Shown here: positions 25,332-39,289 of the stretch, one piece after another | How the letters are laid out: each line of letters opens with the position of its first letter | How positions within the stretch are numbered: the first letter of the stretch is position 1 | DNA from: Tubulanus polymorphus | Lineage: Eukaryota > Animalia > Nemertea | DNA: 64,000 nt | Reading direction: 5' to 3' | Assembly (NCBI RefSeq): GCF_964204645.1 | Contig: NC_134035.1 | Coordinates: forward strand, 4,650,001-4,714,000 | Made by a program: the position numbers and the translations under genes | Notes under the pieces: generated by a model | What the model saw: the letters and a program-made list of their open reading frames with translations, nothing else | Database searches by the model: none | What the model was told of the DNA's origin: nothing

Positions 25332-26437
25332 AAGCTTTTTAATTAAAATCGAAACTCTAGCTTAATTCAGTAACTACTTTTAACATAATCATCCATATTT
25401 CTGGCATGCACAGGACGGGAAACAGGTTCGGGAAGACGAGACCAACAAAAAATCGAATGTCAGCTAGGGCTGCAGCGGAGGAGGAGATGAAAATAAATCA
25501 AATCATCTTTCGCTTTTTCTAAAAAATGCCTACAGGGAAGGGAGGAGTGCCAGATGACCCCGGATTTAGGTACGACGAATACTGCAATGTACGACACGAA
25601 AAAATGACATGTTTTAAAAGACACATTTCCGAACGTGAATTTCACAATAAACACCGAACTTCGATTGTAACAGCAGCGCCAAGAAGATACATTTCAAACA
25701 GATAATCAAGATATTATAAATGATATCATCTCGCTACGAATATAGACACATTAATAGAGTACGAAGCCAAAGGCGGCGATGATGTAATACATGTTTGCAA
25801 CTGAATACCTGAGAAACCCCGCCAGGCGACTACCGTATATTGTTCCTGCAAGTATCAGGTTTTATTTCTTCGTGCTTATTTAAATTTGCCCCGAGAGACA
25901 CAAAAAAACCGATCCGCAAAACGATGACTGATTCTTCGTTTTAGAAAAATATAAATTCTTCCAGACGAGAGGCATCAATTGATCGTACATTAATGACGAA
26001 AATGTCACAGGTTTGTTTTCAATCATCCATTTCCTCTCCCTCTCCCTTCAACCTCTCCCTCTCCCTTCAACCTCTCCCTCTCCCTCTCCCTCTCCCTTTA
26101 CAGCCATCATTGTCAGAAGTCTTTTCTCGCGGCGACCACCATTGTCGAAGAGGTAGTTTGCGACACGTATTTTATCTAGACCTCCATATAACGTCGCCGA
26201 GCACGACGCGAACAAAATAAGAGCCCCGCGTCTCGTCGAAAAATTTTAAGTAGGCAGTAAATATTTTAATGGAAGTGCAGCGATAAGCAGGTAAGCTGGG
26301 GTAAGCCATCTAACAGGATATCATTTGACTGTCGATGAAAAGTCACGCTCTAAAATCTCATCCGCGAATACGAAAGTGATGCGCGCGCCGAGATTACAAT
26401 AGAACAAACCAGGAGACCATGAACGATGAGACTGAAA

Positions 26438-26618
26438 TAAAACCGGTCTTATCACTAGTTAGCCTTATCACATCTCAGTACGGTAGTCTCAACTATGGAA
26501 CGTTGTTCTTCATAAATAAGATTGTTTTATTATCTTTTCATTCCTACAAAACTGGGCTTAATGACTAGTTAGCCTTATCACATCACGGTACCATTCTTCA
26601 TAAATAAGATTGTTTTCA
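26438..26618 (+). repeat. ~109 bp direct duplication
   Basis: tagttagccttatcacatc and ttcttcataaataagattgtttt each occur twice. Confidence 0.85.
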
Positions 26619-27279
26619 TATTTTACCATTGCCTCGGCTCTTCACGCGCACGCGAGAAGCTTTTTTAGTCACGATTTTTTTTCACTTTGTCGAACAAAGA
26701 GAAACGCAATTCGGCTTCGGGTCGAACGCGACGATTATTCTTACATCATTTAGACCTAGATCACCGGGCGTATAGCGTGGAGCCACGAGAGAGAGTCGAG
26801 AGAGCGAACGCACTTCAGTTTAATGCGTGAGTTGTTGGCAATTGTTAAATTATTCAACCTATTACCCGGTGAATCTGTACGCACACTAACGCTTCCCCAG
26901 TCAGCAGCCTCTAAACGGCGTTATAATTAATTCGTCTGCTATGAATCAAACGCGATTCCTGTTCTCCCCCTATTACGGCATTAACTCCACACGAGAACGA
27001 CCAAGTCTGAGGAGGAGGCCGCCGGTTCGCAAAATAAAACGCCGTCATTCCAAAGACGACGACGACATGCATGTTATACATAATACGTCAGTGTGTTGTA
27101 TATAAAGATGAAGAGACCTTGAAAACCGACGATGATATCGTAGACACTTCGACTGAAGTTAGACGCGTAATGAATATAACGAGCGATAAAATCAAACCAC
27201 ATGTCTAGACACCATACGCATTCAGAATATTATCAATATTTCATTTTCGTAGTAACAAAAATACAATTGGTCGTTACTT

Positions 27280-28306
27280 TAACGGTCACCAGTATAGTTC
27301 ATATCAAAACATTGTTTGTTATTCCACTGCATTGATGGCTGGTCATACCAATATCTCGATGTAATGAACATGCCGATATACCAACGGTAATGAAGTCATG
27401 TTAGTTAATTTCAATGCTAATCATACCAATTTAAATGTCCATAAAACCATTGTCAATGGTAGTCATATCAATGTAAATGCTATTGATGTTAATGGTATTC
27501 ATACCTATGTCATGCCAATGGTAATGCCAGTCATACCAATGGCACAAAAACACGTGCATCTATGGTATGCTTATGATTGACAAATGGCGAATGGTAGTCA
27601 TATCAATGTTAATGCTACAAATTTTGATGGTACTCATACTTCTATTGTAAATGCTACTGATGAAATATAAAAGCTTATCTTGCCAATGTAAATGCTGATG
27701 ATAGCATAGTCGATGGTAGTCACACCAATAATAATGCTAGTTGTACCAAAGTTACAAGAACGAGTGCATCTATGCCTATGGTAGTCAGACTTATGGCTAA
27801 TGGTGGTCAGACGAATGGTAAAAGAATGAATGCATCTATGAATATGGTAGTCAGACCGTTGGCTAATTGTGGTCAGATCGATGGTACAAGAACGAATGCA
27901 CCTATGACTATGGTAGTCAGACCAATGGTTAATGGTAGTCAGACCAATGGCTAATGGTGGTCAGACCGATAGTACAAGAACGAATGCACCTATGCCTATA
28001 GTACTCAGACCAATGGCTAATGGTAGTCGGACCGATGGTACAAGAACGAACTCATCTACACCTATAGTAGTCAGACCAATGGCTAATGGTAGTCAGACCG
28101 ATGGTACAAGAACAAACTCATCTACGCCTATGGTAGTCAGATCAATGGTTAATGGTGGTCAGGCCGATGGTACAAGAACGAATGCACATATGCCTATAGT
28201 TCTCAGACCAATGGCTAATGGTAGTCAGACCGATGGTACAAGAACGAACTCATCTACACCTATGGTAGTCAGACCAATGGCTAATGGTGGTTATACTAGT
28301 GGTTAA
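27280..28306 (+). repeat. 66-bp minisatellite (atggtagtcagacc subunits) with a left-to-right divergence gradient
   Basis: Near-perfect units at 27760-28295; increasingly decayed atggtagtcata.caat units toward 27280. Confidence 0.9.
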
Positions 28307-28725
28307 TTCCAACTGCGCCAACACTTCCACGCGCTTAATGGTAGATAACAGAAATATAGATACATACATATAGCTAATGGTAGCCGGCGTGTAACCATTT
28401 ACCGAGCGTCTTGATTCAATAAGGGGGAATATCGGTACGATGGCGACCTATGATCTTTATTGTCGAGTGTGAAATAACTAAGCGCACCGAGTGAAGAGAT
28501 CTACTAAACACAGCGCAGCGACAACGGCGATGACGATGACACGGTGCTGGTATAAGCCTTCCATACGCGGCTCACAGCCATTTAGATCCCGCGGCAAAAA
28601 CGGGAGCGATGACGAGCTTGCGAATATCTCGTATAGAATTTCCTGTACACGATGTGAATGTCGCGCGGAGAGTAGCCCCGCGGCTGAAATACCAAACCTT
28701 CGCCGTATTAACAATGAATTCTTAG

Positions 28726-28726
<1 letters not shown>

Positions 28727-28791
<65 letters not shown>
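28727..28791. repeat. (TA)n microsatellite
   Basis: Read directly from the sequence. Confidence 0.97.
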
Positions 28792-28793
<2 letters not shown>

Positions 28794-31236
28794 GTATAAT
28801 ATGTAGCTGTATTGTATTATTGTAATTTAACTGTTGTTCCCAAGTTCCCAAGTAGAACCTATTAACCTAACTGATCACGATGCATCAAATCTTTGTTTTC
28901 TCATTCAACACAACAATTTCTGGTTCCTGCTAATTGATGGCAGGTTGGATGGTGAGAGGGGTGGATAGGGGGAGATGGAGAGGGATAGGTGGGTGGAGGT
29001 ACAGAGATGCTGGAATACAACGGGATATGGTGGGCTGTGGAGGAGGTACAGATGGAATTGAAGGGACGGAACGAGTGTGTCATTGCTTACTGGTAGCATG
29101 AGGCGCGATGGACGGCCATGATGTAGTAACTAATAATCTAACTACTAACGTTGATGTTACATAATTCTCCACAAATTCTTAAGGCATAAAATGTAATCAA
29201 CATCAGTAGCAGAAGCAGCAGAAGCAGCAGAAGCAGCAGCAGCAGCAAAGCCAGTTATTCCATCAGAGAAACGCACGCACACACAGCGAGCCATCCTTTC
29301 AATTGACTCGGTATTCGGTCAAATAATTGCATTTTATATAACGGGGGCAAAACACACATAATAAGATGGACTGACTTTACACGACCGTACGATATCAGCA
29401 TTTTCCACGAAGAGTTCATCGGAATGCGCAAGAAAATGTGCCTCAAATTAATCAGTGATCAAGGGGGATTAAGATCCTCACTAACATCTTACATATTTTA
29501 TGTTCAAATCAATATTTCTAAGGCATTTCAGTTTCATGAGGAAGCAAGCACAGATAATAAATACGATCTAGGAAGGATTTAACCCCGAATCTAGCGACGA
29601 GGTCGGAATTGACGGAGGGAACGGAACGAAATCAGAACGCCTAGTCGAATCTGTGCTTCGACAACCATCAAACGCAGCTGATACCGATAGTAAATAGACT
29701 AATTAATAATCACCGTTAAAAAAGCGATAACTCGCAAATCATACTCGAATAAAACATGACGGCAAGCTGGCGTCGTGGACCTGTCATCTCTACATCCATC
29801 CATCCAGCTACATTACACGTACAACCGGCTGTTCGAAGCGCGCGACACAAAAAATACGAAATACATCGAAATCGACGTTCTACAACTGAACGATTTCACC
29901 GGTGCACGCGCACAGGTTGCTTTAACGACGTCGCTACCGTTACAAATACTGAACGCATTAAAAAACGATCTACGATTCGAAACAAAACGACTCATTGTGT
30001 TCTGCGGTTCGTCATTATTTAATAGTCGTTGAATGAGAACACTGATTGATCGAACGCTTTGTGAAGGCGCGCGCGCGGGCGCACGCCGAATAAAACGCCG
30101 GTTCGATTTTTCGTCGACCGCGAACAATAACGCGTTCGATTTTCGTTTTTCGAACTCGCGGGTTCAGACAATACGTTCGCGCGCGGGCGCAAGCATCAGG
30201 TGTCGACGTTCCATTCACGGTGCGTCGTTTATTACTTTTTCATTATGAAATTAACAATGGCCGACGAATGAAAGAGAATGCGCGTGTGCCCGGCTGCTGT
30301 TTAGCAGGATGAATAGCTGAATGGCCGAGGTGATAAGCACTAAACTCAAGTACAGCCCATAAACAAGTGGAACATTTAGCTATTACACAATGAGCTCCGG
30401 GAAGTTGTCACCTTATTGAAGTCATCGATATTTTTGAGGCACAATTTATACTTCCAATTCTATTTTCGAAGTTTAAGTGAATGTCTGTATCTGTCGTCGA
30501 CGTAATGACCGTCTCACTTTAACTATATATAGTAAAGAATTACGTCAGGCGGTTATGGAGTTTAACGGGTTAATCTACATCGAAGTTCGATCCTTTTCCT
30601 TCTAATTCTTTTAAATGTATATAGATGTTACGCAGGTGAGGTTACAGCGCAACGCCATGCGATGGCGAGATGACCATTCGACGGTCGATCACTGCAGCTC
30701 TCGCCGATCGCAGGATCTCCGAATCCTAATCTCAATACATGCAGAAATTCGCAGCCATTATGAAAAAAAGCGCACATTCAATGACTATATTTATACATCT
30801 CATCGCTATACAAACTGCTAGCACTGCTGAACACTGCTGAACACTGCCGAGCACAGCGCAGCACAGCGCAGCTGTCACCGAATAGCTCATTACTCAGTCG
30901 TAGCTATTCACCTTAAAAGGCCAAATTAATTAAGCCATAAAACAAACGGATATCTGTCGCGATTGTGTCTCGCTCATCGATGTCGTAGTCGTCGGTGAAC
31001 ACGATTGTCACCCGGATTATCCGACAATCGCGATAAGACGACGAACGACGTTTACCGCTGCAATTTGTCCGGTATTTTCTTGCTAAGCGAACCCGACGAA
31101 TCGGTTCAATAGTTAAGGGGGTTAATCTCGATCTCGTATCGCCCGCATTCTAAGCAGCAATCGCGAACTAGATCCAAAGGAAATCAGAGGGCAACATGAA
31201 AAAAGAAGCATCGAGAAGCACCGAGAAATGGGTGGC

Positions 31237-31315
31237 AGGCTGGAGTAGCGGGCGGCGGGCTGGAGTAGCGGGCCACGGCCTGGAGTAGCGGGCCGCGGGC
31301 TGGAGTAGTGGGCTA
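31237..31315 (+). repeat. 20-bp GC-rich minisatellite, 4 units
   Basis: ggctggagtagcgggcsrcg repeated. Confidence 0.9.
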
Positions 31316-32882
31316 CCTTTTTAGACACTATGTGAAAGGAAGAATAGTAACAAACATGTTCTAAATCGAGACAGAATAAAGAATGTCGTTCGTAAGGCAG
31401 GGAAGGGTATCGCCCTGAGGGGGGTCAAGGTGTAAACATTGGCTACTGCTGCGGTTATGGATGGAGGGAGGCGTACGAAAAACGTAAATCACCCTTCGTC
31501 GTCGTCGAACTCATCAGCAAATAGAGCGTTTAACTCGTTCGTTCTCGTATAAAAAGGCGAAGAACGGCTGATTGTTTTTGACTGCGCCGGCGTAATAGCA
31601 GCGAGACTCGGGGAGCTCGCTTGTATACCCCGAGAGATGCACCCATTAACAAATGGTTCAAGTGGCAGCGAAGAGCGAACGAATCCGGCGCGCGATGTTA
31701 CTGCGATCCGCTTTCATATACACAAACGACGCTGAGAGATCTGTCGTTGTCGTCGTCGTCGTAGTCGTTGAACGAGTTAACGATGACTCCGACATCCTTC
31801 CCTCACAACCCCCCTCCATCCCTACTCCCTCGCGATGTCGTAATACCAAAACATAGAAGCAGCCCTCCTCCCCCCCCCCCAGCTCACTCTACCACTAAAA
31901 CAACTCTTATAATGTTCCATCCTTACATAAAGTATCTGTAAGGGTTTAGGACCAGGAATCTGGCTTCTTATTTGAAAAACTAACAATCCAATATAGCTGC
32001 AAAGCAGCCACAACAGGTTTTCTGCCTAGCAGCATCATTAACATGCAAACGTTTGGCAAATTATAAACCATAAGCCATTCTAATACTTTGTGAGAATTAT
32101 AAGAAAACAAACTTGTTTATTGCATTTAGATGCATATTCACAGCCTGTTTAAGTGCAAAAACATAAAATCGACCACAATTTGAAATGTGCAAATTTCAAA
32201 CATCAGGGTAACAACTTTTGGGATCCTGAGATTTCTTTTCTTTATTAACCACTAACTTGGCATCGATTACATTTAACTTCACCTGACCCTAGTTTCACAA
32301 CCTACAGCAAATCATATGGAAATGAGTACTTTTCAATATCTATAAGAAACCGGTGTCCGAGCGTAATTCAGCAGCGTCCGGCGTAATTCCATCCCGTCGT
32401 AACTAACCTCGAGATTCGTATTTAAAACGGTATAAATCTTAAGTCGTCGATCGGAAAGAAGTCGTGTGACTAAGAATTAAGAGTCGTCGGGGGAGTCATC
32501 GCGGGAGTCGTTGTTCGTGTATTTTCATATAATTTTCCCGTCGACGTCGTCGTGCGTTGGTCTCGGCGCGCGCCGTAATCGAACCGGCGCGCCCCGTTCT
32601 CAAAACGTCGAGCTGTTATTTTTGATTTAATGCGACGACGATATTCTCCCCGGCGGTCGGGCGTAATGGAGTCGACTCCGGAGAACGCGGCTCGTCGTCG
32701 TGTTTTGATAACGAACGTCGAAAACGGCCGACCGAGAGTCGTTTACCGAGACGCAGTAAACCGCGTTTTGGGAGCGGAAGATTTTCCGGCAGCTTTCGGA
32801 TTCGAGCTTTCCAAGTGAAAACAACGCTTTCAAAAAGAAACGGAGCTCGATCTCCGACGACCATTTACATCAATTCATCTCG

Positions 32883-32977
32883 CAGGGTGGCGCCACTTTC
32901 CATCCATTTACAAATCCTCAGAGTTTTCCATGTGATTACACAAAATGGTTTTGAATAAGGTCAGTGGTGCCACCCAG
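32883..32977. mobile_element. CWG-flanked MITE with a distinct TIR
   Basis: CAG|GGTGGCGCCACT...AGTGGTGCCACC|CAG; 12-bp TIR with one mismatch and an exact CAG duplication. Confidence 0.7.
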
Positions 32978-35377
32978 ACTTGTATCACGACTGCCGAGAA
33001 CGCCAATACAATTCTGATTTTTCAGACCGTATAGGTCTAAGAGGTGAGGTAACGACTTCAAAAGTGTGACTTCGGGATGGAAATTTTATTTGAAAATGCG
33101 ATGAAAACTTTTCCCTGAACAGATGCATGGTTCGTGGTTCAGACATACATAAACATTCAAACATATATAAAACTGCCATCTGATCATGATTTCTGTAAAG
33201 CTGAAACCGCGAGTATTTTGACACATTGAGCGACAAAAAACCCGTCTACGGTTAACCATCGCGCGTATGTCAAGCAATCGTTCGGTAATCTCGCGGGATT
33301 AAAAACACCGCGCGCAACGACATCGACAGCGACGTATATTAAAAAGCCATTTATATCAAATTTACTCGCGAATATACAATTCGCAGCAGATATTTTAATA
33401 AATCGGTTGCTTTCAAACTAAAACGCCGAGTCACCGAGCGAACTGACTTATAAACTAAACTAGCTCATCGGGGCAGGACGCGGTGGCATGTACTGTTTAA
33501 GCATAGACTCCACGGTTCAAGTAAGAAAGCAACTGCATTCAAAAAATCTAGAAGTGAATGTTGGACACATTGATAAATCATTGAAACATATCCTTCATAC
33601 ATATTTACACCGCAAGCTTCATAGGTATTCGCTAAAACATTCTAAGCTCGTTCTTATCAGGGGCCCCTCACACCCGTCGGAGGAAAAAGAATATATAACC
33701 AGGATGGTTCAGAGGAAAAGTCAATTCCCCATGAAAACACTGGTTACGTCATGAATTCAGCTCGGTCAGTCCGTATGAGTCTCTCTCCGAGGCGCTTCGG
33801 GAATCGAACTGGTAAATATTCCAACAACGCCCCGACGTTAAAACCCGCACCATTATCCAAACACTCGAATGGCAAAGCGCTCGCGCGTCGCATTGCGCGC
33901 CGCGGCTGAAAGGGATAAAGATTCAATCTCGAGATAGTAAAATTATTAATACTGTCTATCATAGTCAATTATATCAACATTCACGGAATCTAAACACAGT
34001 TCAGGGGTTTAAGATGCGTTTCCCGAGATAAAAACGAAACACTTCGTAATAAACTAGTTAATACGACCGAACCCATCAGGCATTTCGCGTTTAAAGAATA
34101 TCTAGATATTGTTTCATGGGCTTTTGTGAATCCACGGCTCAAGGATTTCAACATCTCCTGAGAAATTATCATTTTTGCGCTCGTGTCCAAGGACGAGGCT
34201 TATCCTCTGCTGTTCAATTTTCACTAACGACAATCCAGGGTTCAGGGAAACTCATAATATTCGTAATAACATAAGCTAGGAAATAGCACATTATGGGCAG
34301 AGAACATCTAGATTTGTACTATGTTAAGCGTACAAACATAAAAACATCTTTGGCCCTGGGCAACTGTTCACATGGATGCCAAATGGGTCTGTGCCTATTT
34401 GGCTCAGGCCTGGACCGTGCTTATTTGGTCCGAGCTGAATTGTCTCCCTGTGATCGGCTGTCCTGAGTTCCCGTATGTCAACGAGGCTGACCGCACAAAA
34501 TCTTTCGAACTTCTATACACGACGCCGCCATGGCCGCCGTTGCGCGATTGTTGACATTCGACGTGGTGATTCACGATCAAAAAACGTCGTCGTCATCGTC
34601 GCCACGTAATTACATTTCACGCGCGAAAAAAAAACCCGACGAATTCGACGCGAACGATGAATCGGACGCCGAAATAAAACGGCCTTTCACCGACAGGATG
34701 CGCGCGATCATTGGATAAATTGGCGCCGGAGAAAGCGCAATAATTGCCGGCTAACATCGATTGACCGACGCTCGAATTCGACTTATTCACTCAAATGACC
34801 GCGCTATTCACCGGCGCTTGTTCAATTTCCGTCCGACGTTCGGTCGTGTTTTTGACGGAATTATCGCCCATTCTACGCGGCGATCATGTGACACAGTGAA
34901 CCCCTAATACCGGCCGTAACCGAGTTTACTGGTAATTAGATCTTGTCGCGCGCGCTAGTCATCGGGGCGGGCAACGTCGGCGTTTTGAATTCGCGTAATC
35001 ACGTACTGTTGTTCCGGCCGGCCGTCGTGAATTTGGCCGACGTTTCGTCGCTATCGACCCCGTCGGCCACCTCTTCGTCCCTTCGACGAACCGACGAATT
35101 ATGCCACAATAAAGACAGATTTGGCCAGCAGATGTCGCTGAATCTGCTTCGGCTTGTAACGAAAGCGATACGAATTACTCGCCGTCGAAATATTCCCCTC
35201 ATTGAGCCGCATTCTTCTGGGGGCAGGTTTGAGGTTAGTTTTACCCTATTGAAGGGTAGAGGCAAGACGAGAAACGACGACCAAGAAACTTGCACCTAAA
35301 CCACAACCAGAACAAAAACCAATCAACTCTGCGTCAAAGACAAGAACTGTGAAAGACAACTCCGTGACTACATAAAT

Positions 35378-35478
35378 CAGGACCCAGCTCCACAAGGGTG
35401 AGGTAGAAGATTTGACTCTGAGTTGAAAATAAACTAGTTTCAGTTAACTCTAACTCATTAGTGTGAAATGGCGTCCCG
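35378..35478. mobile_element. Degenerate CWG-type hairpin MITE (63427 family)
   Basis: caggacccagctccaca...aagatttgactc...agttaactctaactca is shared with 63427-63507. Confidence 0.7.
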
Positions 35479-38171
35479 AATATGAGAAATCTAGTTAAAA
35501 ATCTTGAGACAAAAATTCCGCACACTTAGCATCAACGTCAACTTTGACTCACGTAGAATTATTCAGATTTCCAATGTTGTCACTTCGCGACGATCTTAAC
35601 CCAGAAGACTGTGACCCGGTTACTGGAAAGAAGAGCGCTGTCGTCTGCCGCCATCATCACCACCCGTGATCACGTGACGCTCAGTCAGCGACGTACGGCG
35701 GCGCGCGGAAGGTTACGACCGTTTTTCTTGAGTTAACGACGTAAACAATTTCCACAAGTAGATGCGCCTCGAGTAAAGATCGGGCGATCGAGCGAGTGAA
35801 AGAGAGAGACGACGACGACGACAGTGTCTCGACGGTGATAGCGATTATAACACCGTCGTTTTACCTGTCACAACGTAGCGACATCACCGCGCGCGCTACC
35901 AGCACATGATTAACTGTTCAGTTTTATCCGTCGTTCTTATCGTGACATCACCGCGCGAAAACGAGAGGCAATTAAAGATCGCCCAAATATATTCCCCCCA
36001 CGCTAGGACAGGCTTCCCATAACCTCGACTTTCGCGTTTGCCTCTCCGAGCGTGACCTCCCTCTGTCTCTCCTAACCTCTCTCCCCTCTCTTCTTTTCTT
36101 CTAGATCATTCTCTCTCCTCACCTCTCTCGTTCACCCTCACCCCTCTAATCTCCTCTCCCAGCTCTATGGTATGCAACCCCCATATGGAAACTGCCTATT
36201 ATCTCAAAATTCACTAAATTTTGTCAAGCATCTTTCGATTGTTCGTGCAATAGTGATCGACAAGTGAAACGGTGGGGTTAGGGAGGGTCGGGATGATCCA
36301 GGACAAGCCAGCAATTCATAGAAACATAACCACATCGTCACAAACTACAACAAAGTTACGGCGATTAATGAACAGAGTTTTCTATTCGTATTATTAATTA
36401 TTCCCGGAGGTTCGTCACGCCAGCTCGACGCGCACCGTCTATCATTCGTAGACGCACCACACTCAGACGTTGATCTCACAGAGAGCGAGAACAGTTTCAA
36501 AAATCCTACGAATTTTACCGATGACGACGAAGACGAAGATGCAGCAGTCGAGTCTGCGCACCGCGGGATGCGAACGAGACCGCGCGCGCATTCTTATCAA
36601 TTCATCGCATTTCTCAATTAATTTAGGTTTCCACTCAAATAAGAATCAGTCATCCAGAAATAAATCGTGCCAATCTCAAGGGCAAGGGTTCGTTTGATAT
36701 GAACTTCTCCGCGGTTCGTACGGTGGTGGTACTAGTGGGAATTAATTCGATCCTCTTCATTTGTTTCGAGGAAGAGGAGTGATGGGGAGGGAGAGGAGGG
36801 ATGAGGAAAAGGAGTGATGAGGAAGGAGAGGAGGGATGAAGGAAAGGATGGGAAGGAAAGGATGGGGTGATCTCGTCAAGTCAAAGAAGACCTCGTTTTC
36901 TCGTGAACAGGATAATCACGAAAATGGTTTCATTGCGGCGTTCGGATTTTAAAACGATCCTCGTTTTGAATTGACGCTCGTTTTTCTAATTTCTCTCATC
37001 GTCGCCGTCGGTTACAAAAAAAAAACCCGTCGTCGAACCGTCTGACGAGTCGGAAAGTAACCGGAGCCGTTTTATATTGTTACCCGCCGCCGCCGATGTA
37101 GCACTAAACGCCTTTACACAGAACCGCGCCGTGTGTCGTCGGACTTTCAACAACGACGCCGAGGCACGGATAGTAACAGATAGCGAAGAAGAGACAAGAC
37201 ACTGAAAAATCCCTACCACTCTCTCTCTCTCTTTCTCTCTCCGTCTCTCTCTCTCTCGGGGGAACTCGGAAACTAAACCGGGCTTCCAACTTCGGTTGCC
37301 ATGGTTACGCGAAACATAATATAACTTGTCCTCAAAATATAAAAAAACGCCGGTTGTTGTGTCGGTATGTTCTGAGCTTTAACTCTCGTGCTCTCTTATT
37401 CTTTACGACGAAGAGAGAGACAGATAGAGAGAGAGAGACAGAGACGGGGAGAGAGACACAGAAAGAGAGAACGCATTCCGAAGTTTCCTCAGAGCGCAGA
37501 AAGTAAAGTGTAAGCTAATGAGAGTACTGACGTCTGGGGAGAATAAATCACGGCGAATGCGGCAGAAAAACGACTTTAATAGCTCGGCCGTTTGCATCGG
37601 GAATGAAGTCAATTGACTGCACCAGCGAGTGAGAACAGAGAGAGACAGAGAGAGAGGAGAGAGAGAGCTAGCGAGAACAACCGTCATCGCTAAATGTAAT
37701 TTAATAGTTTCATATCTATAAAGCGATGTTCAGCATTGTCGCAGTTACACACACATACGCACGGAATGGGAGAGATGACAATAGAATACGCTGTAACCAT
37801 CCAATCTATTACAGGGCCGTGGGTTTCGCTACCAATTTCGCTCCCGAAATATATCTATGATCTGATAAGCCTAAGGTCCGAAGAATGCATCGGCGAGATT
37901 CTCAACGTATAAAGGTTACAGGAGATAGATAGAGGTCTTACTAGAGGACGGCGTGTAAGCAGGACCCGGTTAAGACCGTTTGCAACAATAATCGAACATC
38001 TATAGCTACATTTCCTATTGAAATAGAACGACGCGTTGTTGGCTACAGATGAATGAGTTGATAATTAATATAATAAACATAACGACTACGACGACGATGA
38101 CTATGACATTGTCGGGCGCGATGTGTTCAGTCGCGTATAGAGTGGTAGCCGGTGAAGAACGTATACGATGA

Positions 38172-38205
<34 letters not shown>

Positions 38206-38574
38206 CGGCGCGCGCCATTGGTACAGCTGTCACCGTTCACACCAGTATTATTAATCAGTAGCATGCGTATTGCTGTTCGTCGGTTCGGGCTCCGGTTCTG
38301 CCGCCGCCGCCGCTGCTGTTGCTGCTGCAGTAATAACGTGCCTCTTTTGTATGCGTAATTAACGATACGAGCCGTGCATACTTGGCTGGGTATTTTTAAT
38401 GGGAATCTTCAATTTGTCTCGCAGGCGGGAGAGCACCGAGATGAACGAAGCCTTTAATCGGCAGCTCGAATACAAATACGGAACAAACGACCGTTGCGAG
38501 CGCGAAGAGATATCGATAGGAACCGACGACGGTCGGGTGGGACGGCGAGGAGAGGTCGACGTGTAGCGAGATGG

Positions 38575-38870
38575 GTCGGAATAAGGGGGTAAAGGACAAA
38601 GCGAGAAGGGAGGGAGAAGAAAGAGATGAGGGAGAGGAAGGATAGTGGGAAAGATTGAGGGAGAGGAGAGAGTGATAGAGGAGGAGAGGCAGAGATAGAG
38701 GGATAGAGGTAGAGAAAGAAGAAAGAGAAGATACAGAGGGAGAGAAGGGATAGAGGTAAAGATAGAGGGAGAGATGATCAAGAAAGAAAAACATGTCAAG
38801 TAGCCGATAATATAGAGGTTGTAAGACTAGGAGATAAATGGAAAATTGAGGTACAGAGAGAAATGAACCA
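38575..38870 (+). repeat. Polypurine tract
   Basis: GA-rich with gatagag-type subrepeats. Confidence 0.85.
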
Positions 38871-39252
38871 CGTTTATGATAGTGAAAATAGAGAAAACGA
38901 GAACATCAAAATGGCATGGAAGAGAAGTTGGCGAGATGTTTAGATGAAAAGTCTATCGTCGTTGTAAGGCAGAAATTTGAATGATCCTACAGAGACTGTG
39001 CAAAGAAAAACGCTCAATACAAAATGTAGAGAATGTCGAGCGCGCTCGGAGAAAAATGCTTAAAAACAATGCCGCTGAAGCCGTCGTGTGTTTACTTGAA
39101 TTTCTTAAACGGAGGATGTTTGCGAATTGAATGCGGACTCGAATTACCGGGCGTCCGTCGAGGCGACATGCTCGCCGAGTTGTCGCTAGTATTTATCTTT
39201 GTATTGTCGTACGATGAATTCAAGCAAACACGTTGATTGGGTTAGCCGTGTC

Positions 39253-39289
<37 letters not shown>

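Noticed and set aside
26288-26306. Consensus-like splice donors (CAG|GTAAGC here; CAG|GTAAGG near 40494)
   Set aside because: No supportable exon or reading frame. Small or non-coding exons cannot be excluded without RNA-seq.
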